Origin: Saccostrea echinata
Lineage: Eukaryota
Length of the DNA stretch: 64,000 bases
Direction: 5' to 3'
NCBI RefSeq assembly: GCF_033153115.1
Contig: NW_026889762.1
Location: 5,852,496 to 5,916,495, forward strand
Shown: positions 47,394 to 60,572 of the stretch, one piece after another
How the letters are laid out: each line of letters opens with the position of its first letter
Numbering within the stretch: position 1 is the first letter of the stretch
The notes under the pieces: generated by a model
The model's database searches: none
Told to the model about the DNA's origin: nothing
Seen by the model: the letters and a program-made list of their open reading frames with translations, nothing else
Position numbers and translations under genes: made by a program

Positions 47394-47675
47394 CTAAATG
47401 ATAAAAATTAAAAATTTGAGAACATGCAAACCTTTTTTTTTTTCAAAGGTACATGTACATGTACTGATTTTTAAAAAATCCTAAAGTTATGTCTCCAACC
47501 AATTTTTTTTTTCTTTCAATGCTTATCTTTAAAAATATCAACTTCACTTCACAGGGGGTGTACACAGGTTTGAAAAATATATAATTACTGTATTGGATAT
47601 ATTTCTGAAAGTTTTAATTGAATATTTTCAATTTGATACCACCTAAATAATAATATGAGCTGATCATTATGCTAC

Positions 47676-47750
47676 CTGCTGTAGAAGGGTTCTGATGCCA
47701 TGAAAATCACTTCCCTCGGGAACTCTGGCCTCAAAGTCAACCTGTATCTC
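47676..47750 (-). CDS. BCCIP: BCCIP exon 2: EIQVDFEARVPEGSDFHGIRTLLQQ.
   Basis: Compare human VNIEFEAYSLSDNDYDGIKKLLQQ. Acceptor tttacag and donor GTAGCA. 25 codons. Confidence 0.85.
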
Positions 47751-48189
47751 CTGTAAAATGGAAATAGAATTCATGTACCGGTAATCCATTCAGCACAGAC
47801 TTAAAGACATTTTTCCTTATCTCGTGACAGAGTTTTATTCGAATATTTCCATTTCTATTTAATGTTTTCTCTGTGATATCTCTTTGAAAGTTAGTTGAGT
47901 TGATTTCTTGATCATTCTACCGGAATGTCAATTTCGCCAAGTGAAAAGTCAAGACAGGTGCTCAGAAGGCCAAATATGCATGTAATTCTCGTGTGGCTGT
48001 CTGTGTGTCTGATGCTAAGGAGGCCTAATATGCATGTAATTCTCTTGCAGCTGTCTTTATATTGATGTCAGTGGGCGGGGACTATTGAAATTGACATGTG
48101 AGGCCTCGTGTAATTTAAATCTATTAATCTAGATTTTTAAGATCTAAATTTACAATTTTATTACACAAATGGAAATATAAGGAATCAAT

Positions 48190-48312
48190 GTCTAGTTAGT
48201 AGAGTATGCCAGGAACTTCAATGATAGTTGGAAACGTGGGATAATTCATGCAAATTATCCCACGTTTCCAACTATCGTTGATGCCCTGGCATACTCTACT
48301 AACTAGACAGTG
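48190..48312. repeat. Foldback palindrome (~55-bp arms) in BCCIP intron 1.
   Basis: ctagttagtagagtatgccagg..caatgatagttggaaacgtgggataatt catg aattatcccacgtttccaactatcgttg..cctggcatactctactaactag. Confidence 0.85.
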
Positions 48313-48632
48313 ATTCCTTAAATAATGCAACAAATGTTAGACTTCTGAAAAGGCAAACCAAGTGTAAGTCGACTTCTAATCTTCACAGTGTTTATTTATT
48401 TTATCTTTAATTAAGTTCTGAAGTTCACTAGTATTCACACAGGATCAATGTAATGTCAGCTAACAGCATGGCATTGTCTACTTCTCTTACAAAAGATCAC
48501 ATTAAAATACTTTAAAGGGTATAGTTTTTATTGTATTTTTATTGTATTGAAAAATCAAAAACATAAAAATTTAGAGGAAATTCAAGTTAGACATGTCTTG
48601 CACAACACGCGGAAACTGGTATATATGTTTAC

Positions 48633-48740
48633 CTCGTTCACCTCCATTTCAGTCTCCTCGTCCATATTTTCCCCATCACTTGGGTCTGACATTTGTTCAG
48701 CCGTATCTAATTCTCCAACTCTTTTCTTTTTAGAAGCCAT
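48633..48740 (-). CDS. BCCIP: BCCIP exon 1, with the start codon: MASKKKRVGELDTAEQMSDPSDGENMDEETEMEVNE.
   Basis: ATG at 48740-48738 on the minus strand. Donor GTAAAC after the 36th codon. Acidic N-terminus as in BCCIP/Bcp1. Confidence 0.8.
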
Positions 48741-51128
48741 TTCTTTTTTTTTCTGACAAACTCAGTCTAACGTGCTTTCGTCAAGAAAAATAACAGGAAA
48801 CAGTTTACAATCTGTTTCCCGAACCCGACTTTCATTTCATAACATCTTGTGTTTAATAGATCACTTAATAATTCTTTTTTGGCCAAAGACACATTTTTAT
48901 TACCACCACTGTGTAAATATCTCAAAGCATTCATGTATATGTTTTTAAGTAATAAGAATACGGTATGCCTTTAAAATAAAATTTTAAATTTTATTAACAA
49001 ATTATTTAAGGAGGTTTCGTCTGATATTTATTGTATTTAAAAATTAATGAAATTTTCAAAGATTCAAGAAGACAATATCACCTAGTGATTGTATTAATTA
49101 GATTTAAGTTGGCCGTATTATTTAGAAGCACGATCAGGTCAAGGTCATTATCTTTTTCTTTGACAATGATATTTAAAAAAAATACTGTTGCCAACATTTT
49201 TCTATTTCAAAAGATTTTTTTCTTTTTGCATAAAAAGATGTTACCATATAGTATCTATCAGATGGTACTATCAAATTGACATTAATAGTTTAACTGAAAT
49301 AGATATTGGCTTATCGGAATTTCCTCTATTTTTCTTAAATTTTTGGGAATATTGATGTGGTTGCTTCGTATTTTTAAATTTTTCTTATTTTCACATATTA
49401 TGAAGTAGTCCTATAAAGATACAAAATAATACAAAAACAAAAAGATTTGTCCGTTTCCTAGAGAGAAAAAAAAATACTTTTTTCTGATTTTTTGTTCAAA
49501 TCTACATGTACATGTACTTGGATTAGAAGCTTTCGAAAGCTTTCAAGACTGTAGTTCGTTTAGAAAATCATATTTCATTTGATATACATGTACTTTAAGA
49601 TTTTTGTCTATAATTATTGATTTTAGTTACATAAGAAAGTTCCTTTAAGTCTTTGATTGTTTAAAAATTTTAAGTAAATTCATTGCTCTGTATATATAGT
49701 TATTTAAGGAAATATTTTCATACACCGCCGATCACTGCGCCGTGCCGCCAAAATTAACATGGTTCCTGCTAGATTACAAACTTACTTTACCATTTCTATA
49801 TTAAGTTGTTGAATTATGAAGAGGAAAGAAAAATATGATATTTTAAATTCTTTCTATCTAAATACATATTAAGACATACCGGGTATAAGCAAATATATTC
49901 TGAGTATTTCATTTAGTCAGAAAGGAGACAAGTATCTTTATGTAGTTAAGAGTGATCTGTCCTTAGATCTATGATGAAATAAATTCAAATCTACAACATA
50001 TTACATTATTTTTATCAATTCAAGAATTTTTTAAATTTCATAAGGCAAAGATAAATTATTTGCATTATTTTCCTATTTGAATAAGTAAAATTGTCTCTGA
50101 ACATTTTTCCTGAGGGCAAATGGCATATTCCCTGTGTTAGATAAAATAGATAATCTAATTATTTATAATAAGTGTTTATGATATGATTTTTCAATGACCA
50201 AGAAACATTTTTCTTTTGTTTAATAGAGGATTCTCAATTTAAAAAATCCTGAAAGGATGGGTCAATTTTTTTTTCAGATACATGACTCTTCTTACTGTAT
50301 ATTTGATGAGGGGTTCGTATCAGGTCATTTTTCGTTACTTTGCATAAAAACTTAGTAACTGTAGAAATCCCAAAGGTGAGGGGGTCAGACCCCCCCCCCC
50401 CCCCGTCTTCTACATCCGTACATGACACCGTTCACTGATTTTCAAACTAATGTTCAAGCAACTATTAACTCGGTCTATATTTTCAAAACTGTCTCTTTTA
50501 AAGTAAAAGAAATCCAAGCGGTTGCGGATTCGGAACATCTAATTTTGATTATAATGAGAAATCCACAATATTTGTTTATAAACAAGACTTAACCCAGATG
50601 CTTTCAAGTTGTATTGCCCCTGCATGTCGGGGAAAATTTGACCCTAAAATTGATTAAATGATGTTTGAGTCATGCTGCATCCCTGACCACAGCCAATATA
50701 TCAATAATATTATGCATATTTAAAACTTTCATAAAGTGACGAATGGCATAAAAATTTTACTTCGAATCACTGACTTGCCCATTACATTGATACTTACGAA
50801 TTAAAAAAGGTCAAGGTCATGACACACTCCCAGATAATGATCTCCAATAAAAACTATATTTCCCATAATGAAGATAATGATTGGACAACAGACCTCCAAT
50901 CCTTGTTACCTTCTCATAATGACTTGGTCCATGCAGGACCAAAAATAGCCAAAAAGAGCAAAAACCTCACAGCTGTGGGATATGAAAAAAAATATCCAGT
51001 GGGTCATATTCATGGGATAAAGGGGTTAACATGTGATAGCTTTCTGACTAGATTTTAATTTTAATGTTTTATTAAATTGTTTGAACTTGGCAAGCATTCT
51101 GAATTACAATTCACTTTTTTTTACTTTT

Positions 51129-51129
<1 letters not shown>

Positions 51130-51193
<64 letters not shown>
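51130..51193. repeat. (GA)n microsatellite, about 30 units.
   Basis: Direct reading. Confidence 0.95.
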
Positions 51194-51759
51194 TACATTT
51201 TGGCGAAAACACTTGATCAAAAGTATTAATGAATTCAAAGCGTTTTGTTTGTACTGATAATGCAGAAATACAAGGCTAGCGTGTTTTCATCTGAACACCA
51301 TTATAATTACATGTAAGTGCACAATTATACAAATGAAGCGCTCCTTCCAATTATTCAACTATCAGTTATTTATTTTTTAAATCGTTTAATAGGCAATTAT
51401 TAATTTGAAATACAGCGAAAAAAAATCAACAAAGACCTTAGTGTTTTCAAAGTTAAGTTAAGCAGCGCGTTATTATAAAGAAACCGATAATTTTCCTCTG
51501 CAGGCTTTAATTAACTTGATGGCGGTCTGATGTCGGGCTTTTTTGCTCATTTCTTGAACGGAAACAACTTCCCCGGGAAACATAAAAGGAAAAGAAATGG
51601 AAAAAAGTCACAAATCATAAACATGGAGAGAAAGAAAGCAAATCAATATCTAGAAATACAATTAAAAGGTGGAAAATCTTGTAAAATAACAAACAAAACT
51701 ATGAACTTTTGAGGACTGTTGAGCAGATTAAAACGAATCATGGACTGCTGGGACATAGA

Positions 51760-52169
51760 TAGTGCCTGACGAATCCCTTTAAAAATCTGTCCTGACTGAG
51801 CGAGGCGGGGACCTTGATTTCAGCGGAGGTGCGACACTGTATGTTTCCTCGCGATACGAAGCTTTAAGTCGCGAACAAAAGATTATTGATATATTACAAG
51901 ATAACGGTCAGAGGAGCAACTATTTAGGCCTGTATGAACAATACCCGACAATTACGCGATGTCAAATCAAACTAAAATGACAATTGACGCTCAAATCTCG
52001 CGAGAGGTTGTGTATAATGTTTGTGTGATCTTACCGGTTGGTGTCTGCTTTATTAAAATATGACGGGGAAATTTTAGACTCCATTAGAAAATATGGATGA
52101 AAAGTGTCGCGTCGTTTATTCAGAAAATAGAGGGTTATTTTCGCTGTTCAGATCAGTGTAACGTTTTTA
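51760..52169 (+). promoter_or_regulatory. Putative promoter and 5'UTR region of the HUNK-like gene (CpG-containing, Sp1-like aggcgggg at about 51813, TATA-like tataatg at about 52013).
   Basis: Local rise in CpG and GC content relative to the AT-rich surroundings, immediately upstream of the first coding exon. No transcription start site can be placed from sequence. Confidence 0.3.
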
Positions 52170-52382
52170 ATGGAGTCGGAGAAAACGGACGAGGATAATG
52201 GCACGAAGGAAGCAAGCGGAGCGGAAGAAGATGCTGATGCGAAGACTTCCGGCGAACATCATTCCACACCGGAAACCACAGAGAAAAAAAAGAAGGTCGG
52301 AAATTACATCCTTGGAAAGACTCTAGGAGAAGGCTCTTTTGCTAAAGTACGCCAAGGCATCCATTTAATCGCCCATGAAAAG
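52170..52382 (+). CDS. HUNK: HUNK-like Ser/Thr kinase, exon 1 (start codon, acidic N-terminus, glycine loop): ...KKVGNYILGKTLGEGSFAKVRQGIHLIAHEK.
   Basis: ORF 52170..52394. Compare human HUNK KRVGNYLIGSRKLGEGSFAKVREGLHVLTGEK. Donor GTATAT at 52383. Confidence 0.85.
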
Positions 52383-55300
52383 GTATATATGTAAAATTGA
52401 ATTCAATTATCCTTTTAACAACAAAAATATTTTTTTATACTATAGGGTTGAAATTTTCAAATATTTTCAGATCCGAAAGTCAAAGTTTCTCGTTTTATCC
52501 CCTCTCCCACTTCATAGAACAAAACTTAAAGGACTGTTTTTGGACCTGGTTCTAAAAGTACACTGTAAGTCTTCAAGACAAGGTGAAAAAACAACGTTAA
52601 TGGGTGATTCATTGTAATGAATTTCCAAATGATGACTTAATGTCCCCCATATGTTTACAACTAAAGCCAATATTTGAATTGTGTATGTAAAAAAAAATGC
52701 GCTTGATCAGAATTAAAAGACCTACATTAGAATTTAAAAGTTGCTAACAAATCCACACCTTTAAAATTAGCTTTAGTTTCCCCCCAAATTTCTGACAAAA
52801 TGCATGGACAGTTTTGAAACCAGAAAAAGTGCCACAATAATGGATGCAGTTTTAAATCAAATAGGTGCAACAGAATACCCCAGCTGCCAATACTGGTACA
52901 TTTCTAGAGTATTTAATTTATCGATATAGAGATTTACATATACTATAACACTCTGAATCTCTTATCTATCATGGTCAAGACACAAGCGTGTTTTTCGTAA
53001 TATAATCAGCTGTTATATTCATTTTTACTCATGTACACGACACAATTTTTTTCTTTACAGTCGTACAGTATATGCACAAGATTGAATCTCAACATTCACG
53101 TTTAATAACAATCATTAAATCCTTATACTGCCATAAAGAATGACAATTTAGTCTATATAATGCTTGGACATTTATTAAGTTAACTGCATGTAAATGACAC
53201 TTGAAAGAGTCAATTCTTTGCTCATTTCTTTCTCTTTGTAGAGTTTTCTGTCGGTTAAGGTATTTCATTTAAGATTCACGCATTAAAATCCGTCCATTAA
53301 ATAAACAGTTAAACAGCTGATTTCACGCAATGATAAATCACAAATTGTTACGTAAAGATGTTTCATATAAATTTTATCAAGGTTATAGAACCGCGATATT
53401 ATCAACTACTGATGAATATCGATGTATAAATGTTTTCATTCAACGGCCATCCTGCACGATGTCGAGGGCAAGGCTAAATCCAAGTGCATTATAGGAATAT
53501 TAGTTTAAAGTTCTAGATTATGTTTTTAAATTACCTTTATCAAGTAAGAAAGCTATAGTCTTGAGTGGACACTTGTTAGAAGATTCCAGTGGCACAAGTT
53601 TATCAGTCGTTTTATCAGTATTGGTGATTTAAGTTATGAGCAAATTGATCTTGCATTTTTCAATGTGTATAGCCAAAGTTTGTTGTGACAATTACGAGTT
53701 TTAAAAAGAATCTTATCCTCGTGCTGTTTTGATCCTCGAGGATTAAAATCATGTCCACTTTTAAAATGTCTGACACGGAGAGCCGGTATAAATCAATACA
53801 AGTGAAGAACGCTAAACAGCATCTCACTGTGCGTGCACTTTTCATTATTTTTAATTTTATAAACAAGTTTGACATTGGCCCTTTCCATAACTTGGTTGTC
53901 GTTCATAAAATGTTAACCCCGTATTTTGAATACTCTAGAAGTTTGAATGAAAAAAAAAAATCTTTTTTTTTGTTAGACAGGAAAATTGATTTCAGATACA
54001 CATTTTAAATATGTTCTTATACTAAACTTTATCGTCATTTACTTGTTCATTTAACAGCACATACGTGAAAGGCAATCATTTTAAAGCTAAATTATAAATT
54101 TCAAAAGATTCTTTGGAAAATATTTGATAAGCGAAGGTTTAAAGAATTTTTTTCTTCTCCTTAGGCTTCTTGTATACCAAGGTTATCATTTTTGGTTAGG
54201 AAGGTTTTGTTTTTTTTTATACATCTTGCATTGAGACTTGCACTAAATCTTAACCATGCTTCTAAATGAAATTCAAGCAAATAGAAAAGGAAAAGGACGC
54301 TTTCTTTGTCCAGGTGATGGAGCTAGTTTAGATATAACTCGAGAGTCGAGATACGTAAAAGAAATTCAGCAGTTTTCTTGCATTTCTGATTTGGGAAATA
54401 TTGCTGAATCAAGTCTCCGAAAACCACGATTTGGAGGTTTAAATCTTTTAGGGGGGTCATAGTAGTCATGCGTCCAGGTCCCTGATGGCGTCTTCATGAT
54501 AATGAAATGTAAAACAATTTGATGTATACAGCAAAGGCCATGATTAAAAAGATAGTGTTTAATACCACACAAAAGTTTAAATTGCATAATTTTTTATCTA
54601 TCTAATTAATACCAACCGTAAAGCAATAGCGGGACCTATATTTTCAATTCAACGCGTTTATGATGAACAGTGATGGATATTTTTCAGAACATATGTACAA
54701 CAACAAATCTACTTTTAATTGCTTTATTTACATAGGGTTATAATGCTAGTTCAATTATTTCCGATTTTGTTTTTATATTTAAGTACAATTAATAAAAAAA
54801 TAATTCTGATTCATCAAGAATCATGAACAAAAGTAGGGCAAATTTGGTTATTCGGAAGTACTCTTGATATTATATGAGTAAAAAAAAAAGTAAAGCGTTT
54901 TTTTCTAGTTTGGATGTACAAAGCCACAAAAAGACTTGGAATAAAAATTTTCAACCAATGAACTATTCTTCCCTGTTTAGAATGAAGTTGGGGGTTTTCA
55001 AATCTTGAATCAATTATAATATTTTCTTTTCATACTCCAGCTTAGGTTTATTTGCCCATTTAACCCACAAATGAACAGGACCATTTATTAAGTCAGTATT
55101 AAAATGTTGACACAGAAGAACGTTTTCTGATTTTTGAGATAAAGAGATTTAAGTTAAATACATGAACATCGAGACAGATTGACATTTTAAATGGAGAAAA
55201 TTCTTTTCACAGAATAGATAAAGAGAGTCTTGTCAGACATGTACATTTTTTCAAAAATGCAGCCCCCTCGCTTTCTCATACAATCTCAGTATTCTCTCCC

Positions 55301-55597
55301 TCCTTCTCTCTCTCTCAATATATCAATACTCTCTCTCTCTCTCTTACTCTTTCTATATACATGTTGAAGTAATCTCTCTCTCTCATTTTCTCTCTCTCTC
55401 TCTCTCTGAACAAAGTATGAAAATAAATTTGTCTGCCTCCTTGCTTAAAAATGGTTTGCCTAATCCTTACCGGGATAATCTATACATGTATCATTCCCTA
55501 TACTATACCACATACTAATAAGTAAATATGCTCTATAGATAAGTTAACAGGAACTGTCCTGTAGACAAACCTGTCTCATATTATAATTGTTTTACAG

Positions 55598-55800
55598 GTT
55601 GCTGTAAAAGTTGTCTCCAAGAAGGCGTTATTGGTGCGAGACTTTGTTCGTAAGAACGTTAGACGTGAGGCCATTGTGTTACAGAAACTCTCACATCCAA
55701 ACATTATCAGAATGTACGAAGTCATGGAAACGGAGAATTCTTATTATCTAGTCCTGGAGTACGCCGATTGTGGGGAATTCATCAAATATTTGTCTATAAA
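55598..55800 (+). CDS. HUNK: HUNK exon 2: VAVKVVSKKALLVRDFVRKNVRREAIVLQKLSHPNIIRMYEVMETENSYYLVLEYADCGEFIKYLSI(K).
   Basis: Compare human VAIKVIDKKRAKKDTYVTKNLRREGQIQQMIRHPNITQLLDILETENSYYLVMELCPGG. Acceptor tttacag and donor GTTAGT. Phase 0 in and phase 2 out. Confidence 0.9.
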
Positions 55801-56331
55801 GTTAGTATAGAAAATGCGTTAATATTTATTTCTTGATCTCACTCGAAAGAAACTGATATTTCAAACTTACATATCATTCCTTCTTAGAACATGGTGAAAA
55901 AGTAAATTTATGCAAATTAGAAAGGTAGAAAGTGGAATATAAATTACTAATAATTTCACATCTCCTAGAAAAGTACTTCACTGTTCACCCAAAAGCACTC
56001 CATATTTAAACGAAACTTGTATTCATAAGAATGCACGTATATTCCATGTCATCTGCAAGGTGTTTCTTACACTTTATTTTATATATTTTCCTAACTTCAT
56101 ACAGCTGGAGCTTTGCTCATTTTTTATTTTTATGTTTTAATTGACTCCCCTTTTCTTCGCGATTTTCTACCAATTTTGTCAGTATAATTCATTAAGTTTA
56201 AAAAGAATTATGCCCTAAACATTTTCTTACAATTGCAATCATGAATGCTTTGTTCAAGTAATGTAATATCTAATATAAGAATATGCAGATTAATTGTTTC
56301 TCGTTTAATGAAGAATTGATCAATATTTCAG

Positions 56332-56421
56332 AAAATGTCTACCTGAAAATGAATGCAAAAAATACGCCCGTCAGATAGTTTCTGCCGTGGATCATATGCA
56401 TGTGTCTAACATTGTTCACAG
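56332..56421 (+). CDS. HUNK: HUNK exon 3: KCLPENECKKYARQIVSAVDHMHVSNIVH(R).
   Basis: Compare human LEESEARRYIRQLISAVEHLHRAGVVHR. Acceptor ttcag and donor GTAAAA. Confidence 0.85.
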
Positions 56422-58223
56422 GTAAAAACAGCTATACTCATTGTCTTGTTATAACCAATAAATATTGATAAAATACCAATAACGAAATAAAGTATAGTTC
56501 GCGGAATTTAATTTATTCTTGACATCATCCACACACAATAGACGAGTTTCACATTCGTAAGAGTTATCTCCCGATGTCGGCGTTACGCTCATTTTTCTGT
56601 AAATATTTCCAACCTCTAAACGCTATCGGAAAATTTTGATCCGTTCCTGTATTGTCATAGTATGGGGCAACATAAAAAAACATAATAAACGTATTTATAT
56701 ATAGATTTCATTTGTAATACATTACCCCATAAATTTGGTAATGGTATAGAGGGAAAACAGTGTCTTAGGCCGGTTGACCGCAGATTAACCCCGCAAAGGG
56801 AAATAACTTTTGTAAATGTGGAAGTCGTCTATTATATAACTAAACAAGAGGCCCATGATCCACAACACTCACCTGAGTCACCATAACCAATTCAGCAGCA
56901 GATCCCCCCTATATATTCCTATGTAAAACTTACAGCACAAAGTGGGACTCCACCATACAGACTTGAATCTTACACTACCTGAGAATACTTCCATATAAAT
57001 ATGACTAATCATGCTTTGCTGTCAGAAATGCTCTCTAGAGCCATCGGCTCAGATGAGCTATTAATTACATAAAAAAATATAATAAAACATATTTTGGCCG
57101 TACTTTGATGCTACAATTATTATACTAAGTTCACTTTATATAGATTTATTCTATAAACTAATAAACACCGTAAATCTATTTCTCCTACATTAAAATAAAA
57201 ACTGTAATGTATATAAGTTACAATAAAATAATCAATGTAATTTATATCTAATACATAGGAATAAACATTGTAATCAGTATCTGTTACAATGAAATAAACA
57301 ATGTAATTTATATCTAATACATAGGAATAAACACTGTAATCAATATCTGTTACAATGAAATAAACGATGTAATCTTTTTCTCTTACGATGAAATATATGG
57401 AGATAACGAACAGTATTCAAGCTCAAAAGTCCATTAAATAATACAAAATAGGAGCAGAGCAAACACGGACCTCCAAAACATCAGAGTTGGGATCAGGTGC
57501 CATGGAGGAGTGAGCATCCCCTGCCGACCGGTCACACCCGCCGTGTGCTCCTTGTCATGATCGAGAAATAACGATGAAAGAAAGCAAAAAGACTGTACTT
57601 GTTTTTCTTATAATGAAAAAAAAAAACTATTGCAATCTCTTACAATGATGTGTATACTCTGTAATCTATATTTCTTACAATGAAATAAATAGGTCTATGA
57701 CCAATAGGGCTCCACACTAACGCCTGAACCTCTGACCCTGGAGCCATGAATTTTTTAAGTTTGGTAGAGGATTTAAATTTGTAATCTGTATTTCCTAATA
57801 CTTGTACGATTTTGATATAAGCATTGTAATTTATTACCTCTTACATGTAATTGTAATCCATTTCTCTGAAAAAGAAATAAAACAAATCAATATATTTTCT
57901 TATAGGAAACAAGATTTTTTTGAAATTGTATTCTACACCCCTTACAATCTAATAGACATTGTAATCTAATCATATCAACCATGCAAGAAATGAACACTGA
58001 AATTTATCTCTCTCTCCCTGTAGTTCCAATAACAATGAGATAAACACAGTCTTTTCCTTTTACAAAGAAATTAACATTGTAATTTATTTCCTATAACAAT
58101 AAATCTATTTCCCTTACAATGGAATAAGAAAGGTAATTTATTTTTCCTACAAAGAAGTAAACTTTGTAGTCGATATGTCTTGTAATGTAATAATTACTGT
58201 AATCAATTTCTGTTGCAATACAG

Positions 58224-58279
58224 GGATTTGAAGTTAGAAAATTTTCTCCTTGACGCAAATCTGGATATTAAGATAATAG
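58224..58279 (+). CDS. HUNK: HUNK exon 4: (R)DLKLENFLLDANLDIKII, the catalytic loop.
   Basis: Compare human DLKIENLLLDEDNNIKLI. Acceptor aatacag and donor GTATGT. Confidence 0.85.
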
Positions 58280-58431
58280 GTATGTTTTGATAGTTAACTC
58301 CTGATTGCATGTTAAGCATCAATGTATGTTGTATTTTCTAAATGAATTTTGAATGTTGTCAAACTTCTTTGGTAACGTTAAGTTCACTGTGGAAGTTCGC
58401 ATGGTAACTTAATTTCTACTTAAGAAATGAA

Positions 58432-58580
58432 TTTAATTTTTGAAGATTCATGAGGACATGCACTACGACGCTTCACGCCGGCATATTTCATGAAGCGCGT
58501 TAGCGCTTCATGATAAATATGCCAGCGTGAAGCGTTGTAGTTCATGTACCTCATGAATCTTCAAAAATTAAATTCATTTC
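58432..58580. repeat. Foldback palindrome (~70-bp arms) in a HUNK intron.
   Basis: aatttaatttttgaagattcatgaggacatgcactacgacgcttcacgccggcatatttcatgaagcgc..gcgcttcatgataaatatgccagcgtgaagcgttgtagttcatgtacctcatgaatcttcaaaaattaaatt. Confidence 0.85.
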
Positions 58581-59022
58581 TTATATACATTATTTTTCTG
58601 ATGAATTACCACAAATTTCACCATTCAACTGTCATTTTTAAAGCAAAACAGTTTGCACTATAGTTTTGACGTCAAGTACGGCATTATGACGTAACAATTG
58701 AGATATTTATGCTCATCCATGGTAGTTCATGAGAAAATGAACAGCATTCTAATTTGCAAAGAATATTAAGAAAAAATATTTGGAAATGTAAATATATATT
58801 CATAAATGCTATATTTCAGTTTTTGATCAATAAGCAAAGCAATTGCCACGAATATAAAACAATTTTATTAAAAAGTTAGTTAAGTAGTATTGAAAGTGAA
58901 TATAGGCATCTGAATTAACATCAAGATGCATGTATAATCTTGGCAATTAACTACATGTATCTATTGAATAAATAAGATAAAAGTTGTAAGTACTTAGTTT
59001 AATTTCTTCATCAATATTTCAG

Positions 59023-59149
59023 ACTTTGGATTGAGTAATGTGTTTTACGGTGACACCTCCCTGTCCACTCAATGCGGTTCCCCCGCCTACGCCGCCCCGG
59101 AAATCCTCAATAACCAGAAATACGGACCCGCTGTAGACATATGGAGCGT
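59023..59149 (+). CDS. HUNK: HUNK exon 5: [43 protein letters not shown].
   Basis: Compare human [46 protein letters not shown]. Acceptor tttcag and donor GTAAGA. Confidence 0.9.
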
Positions 59150-59878
59150 GTAAGATAGCATTTATACTTACTAGATTAATCAGTAAATAAACCTGAAAAA
59201 TAAAGCTAAAACATACCCAGGAGAGATGTGGAATCAAAAGCCTGTTTTTGTCCTGTTTAAGTAAAAAAAAAGGTACACGATTCTCATCTAAAGGCTCAGT
59301 ATGTGTTCAAAATAGTCACAGTATTCCGTTTACGTGATCTATACATAGTGCTTACGGCGGGAGATGCTTATTCCTCCTAGGCACCTGATCCTACCTCTAG
59401 ATTTTCCGGGGATCCGTTTTTATGCCCTATTCAGAAATCTGTATTGTTTGTAGATTTTTTCGAGATCGATCACTGTTCGTTATCTTCACCTTTTTCATCA
59501 AAATAGAATGAAAATGCGGGGCATTATATTTTTTTCTTTTGCTAAAGTTTTTATATGCCGCCAATATTTTCCCAACATGTGATAAAACTTTACTATGAAA
59601 TATTGTCCTCTTTCCACCTTTCTTCTATAGCTCAAGTGCACAGAAAATTTGCATTAACAAATCTTGCATTGTTTACTCTTGAGATATGTTTATTACATAT
59701 AACGTTTTTTTTATTTTGGCGACGTTAAAAGGGTTAAATTAAATAAACAAATAAAGATTTCGATTAGGCTATTATTCTTGTGTATAACATTTGATATTTA
59801 GTGGAGTTTGTCTGTTCACCATGCTTTTGAAGCTATCATTTTTGTGTGTGACGCTTCTATCCTTTTTTTCTTTTTTAG

Positions 59879-60003
59879 AGGAGTTTGTCTGTTTGCCATG
59901 CTTGTTGGTTCACTTCCGTTTATTCCTCAGCCCGCAAACAATATAGCACAGCTCAATTCCCTGATTCTGAAAGGATGCGTAATTCCTGAAACACTGAGCG
60001 AAG
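59879..60003 (+). CDS. HUNK: HUNK exon 6: GVCLFAMLVGSLPFIPQPANNIAQLNSLILKGCVIPETLSE.
   Basis: Compare human GVNMYAMLTGTLPFTVEPFSLRALYQKMVDKEMNPLPTQLST. Acceptor ttttttag and donor GTAATG. Confidence 0.85.
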
Positions 60004-60572
60004 GTAATGCTTTGAAATGGTTTAAAATAAATATTATGAATTAACTATTTATAGCAGATGATAATCTAATTGTAGAGTTTAAATATGATAATGAAACCTT
60101 ATTTAAATATCTTACGTTTGGTCGGTTAATTAACATTGAAAGAGAAATTTAAAAAAAATGAATTTGTCTTAGAGTTAAAGTAAAAGTTGTACTGGGCTTA
60201 TATTGTCTGAAGGTAAACTGACTAAACTCTCTCAAATCAATTTTGCTTCAAGGACAATCCCTTTTACAGCGATTTATTGGTTTAGATCTTATTTGAAATT
60301 ATAAAATAGTTTTAGAAAAAAAGTTGTTAATATCTCTGTAGCTAGAATTTTTAGGTGGTTGCTAACAAATTTGATAACACAGTCTTAGACTGGATTAGTA
60401 ATATACCAATATCAGAGGAAAGTTTGTTTTTATCAAAAACCAACCAGCATTTACAGCACAAAGATTCAAGTTGTGAAAGGTATAGTAGGACAAACATTAC
60501 ATCTGTTGACAAATATTTGATGATGATGGAATTGCGAACTAATAGTGATGTGATGATAATTTTCTTCTGTAG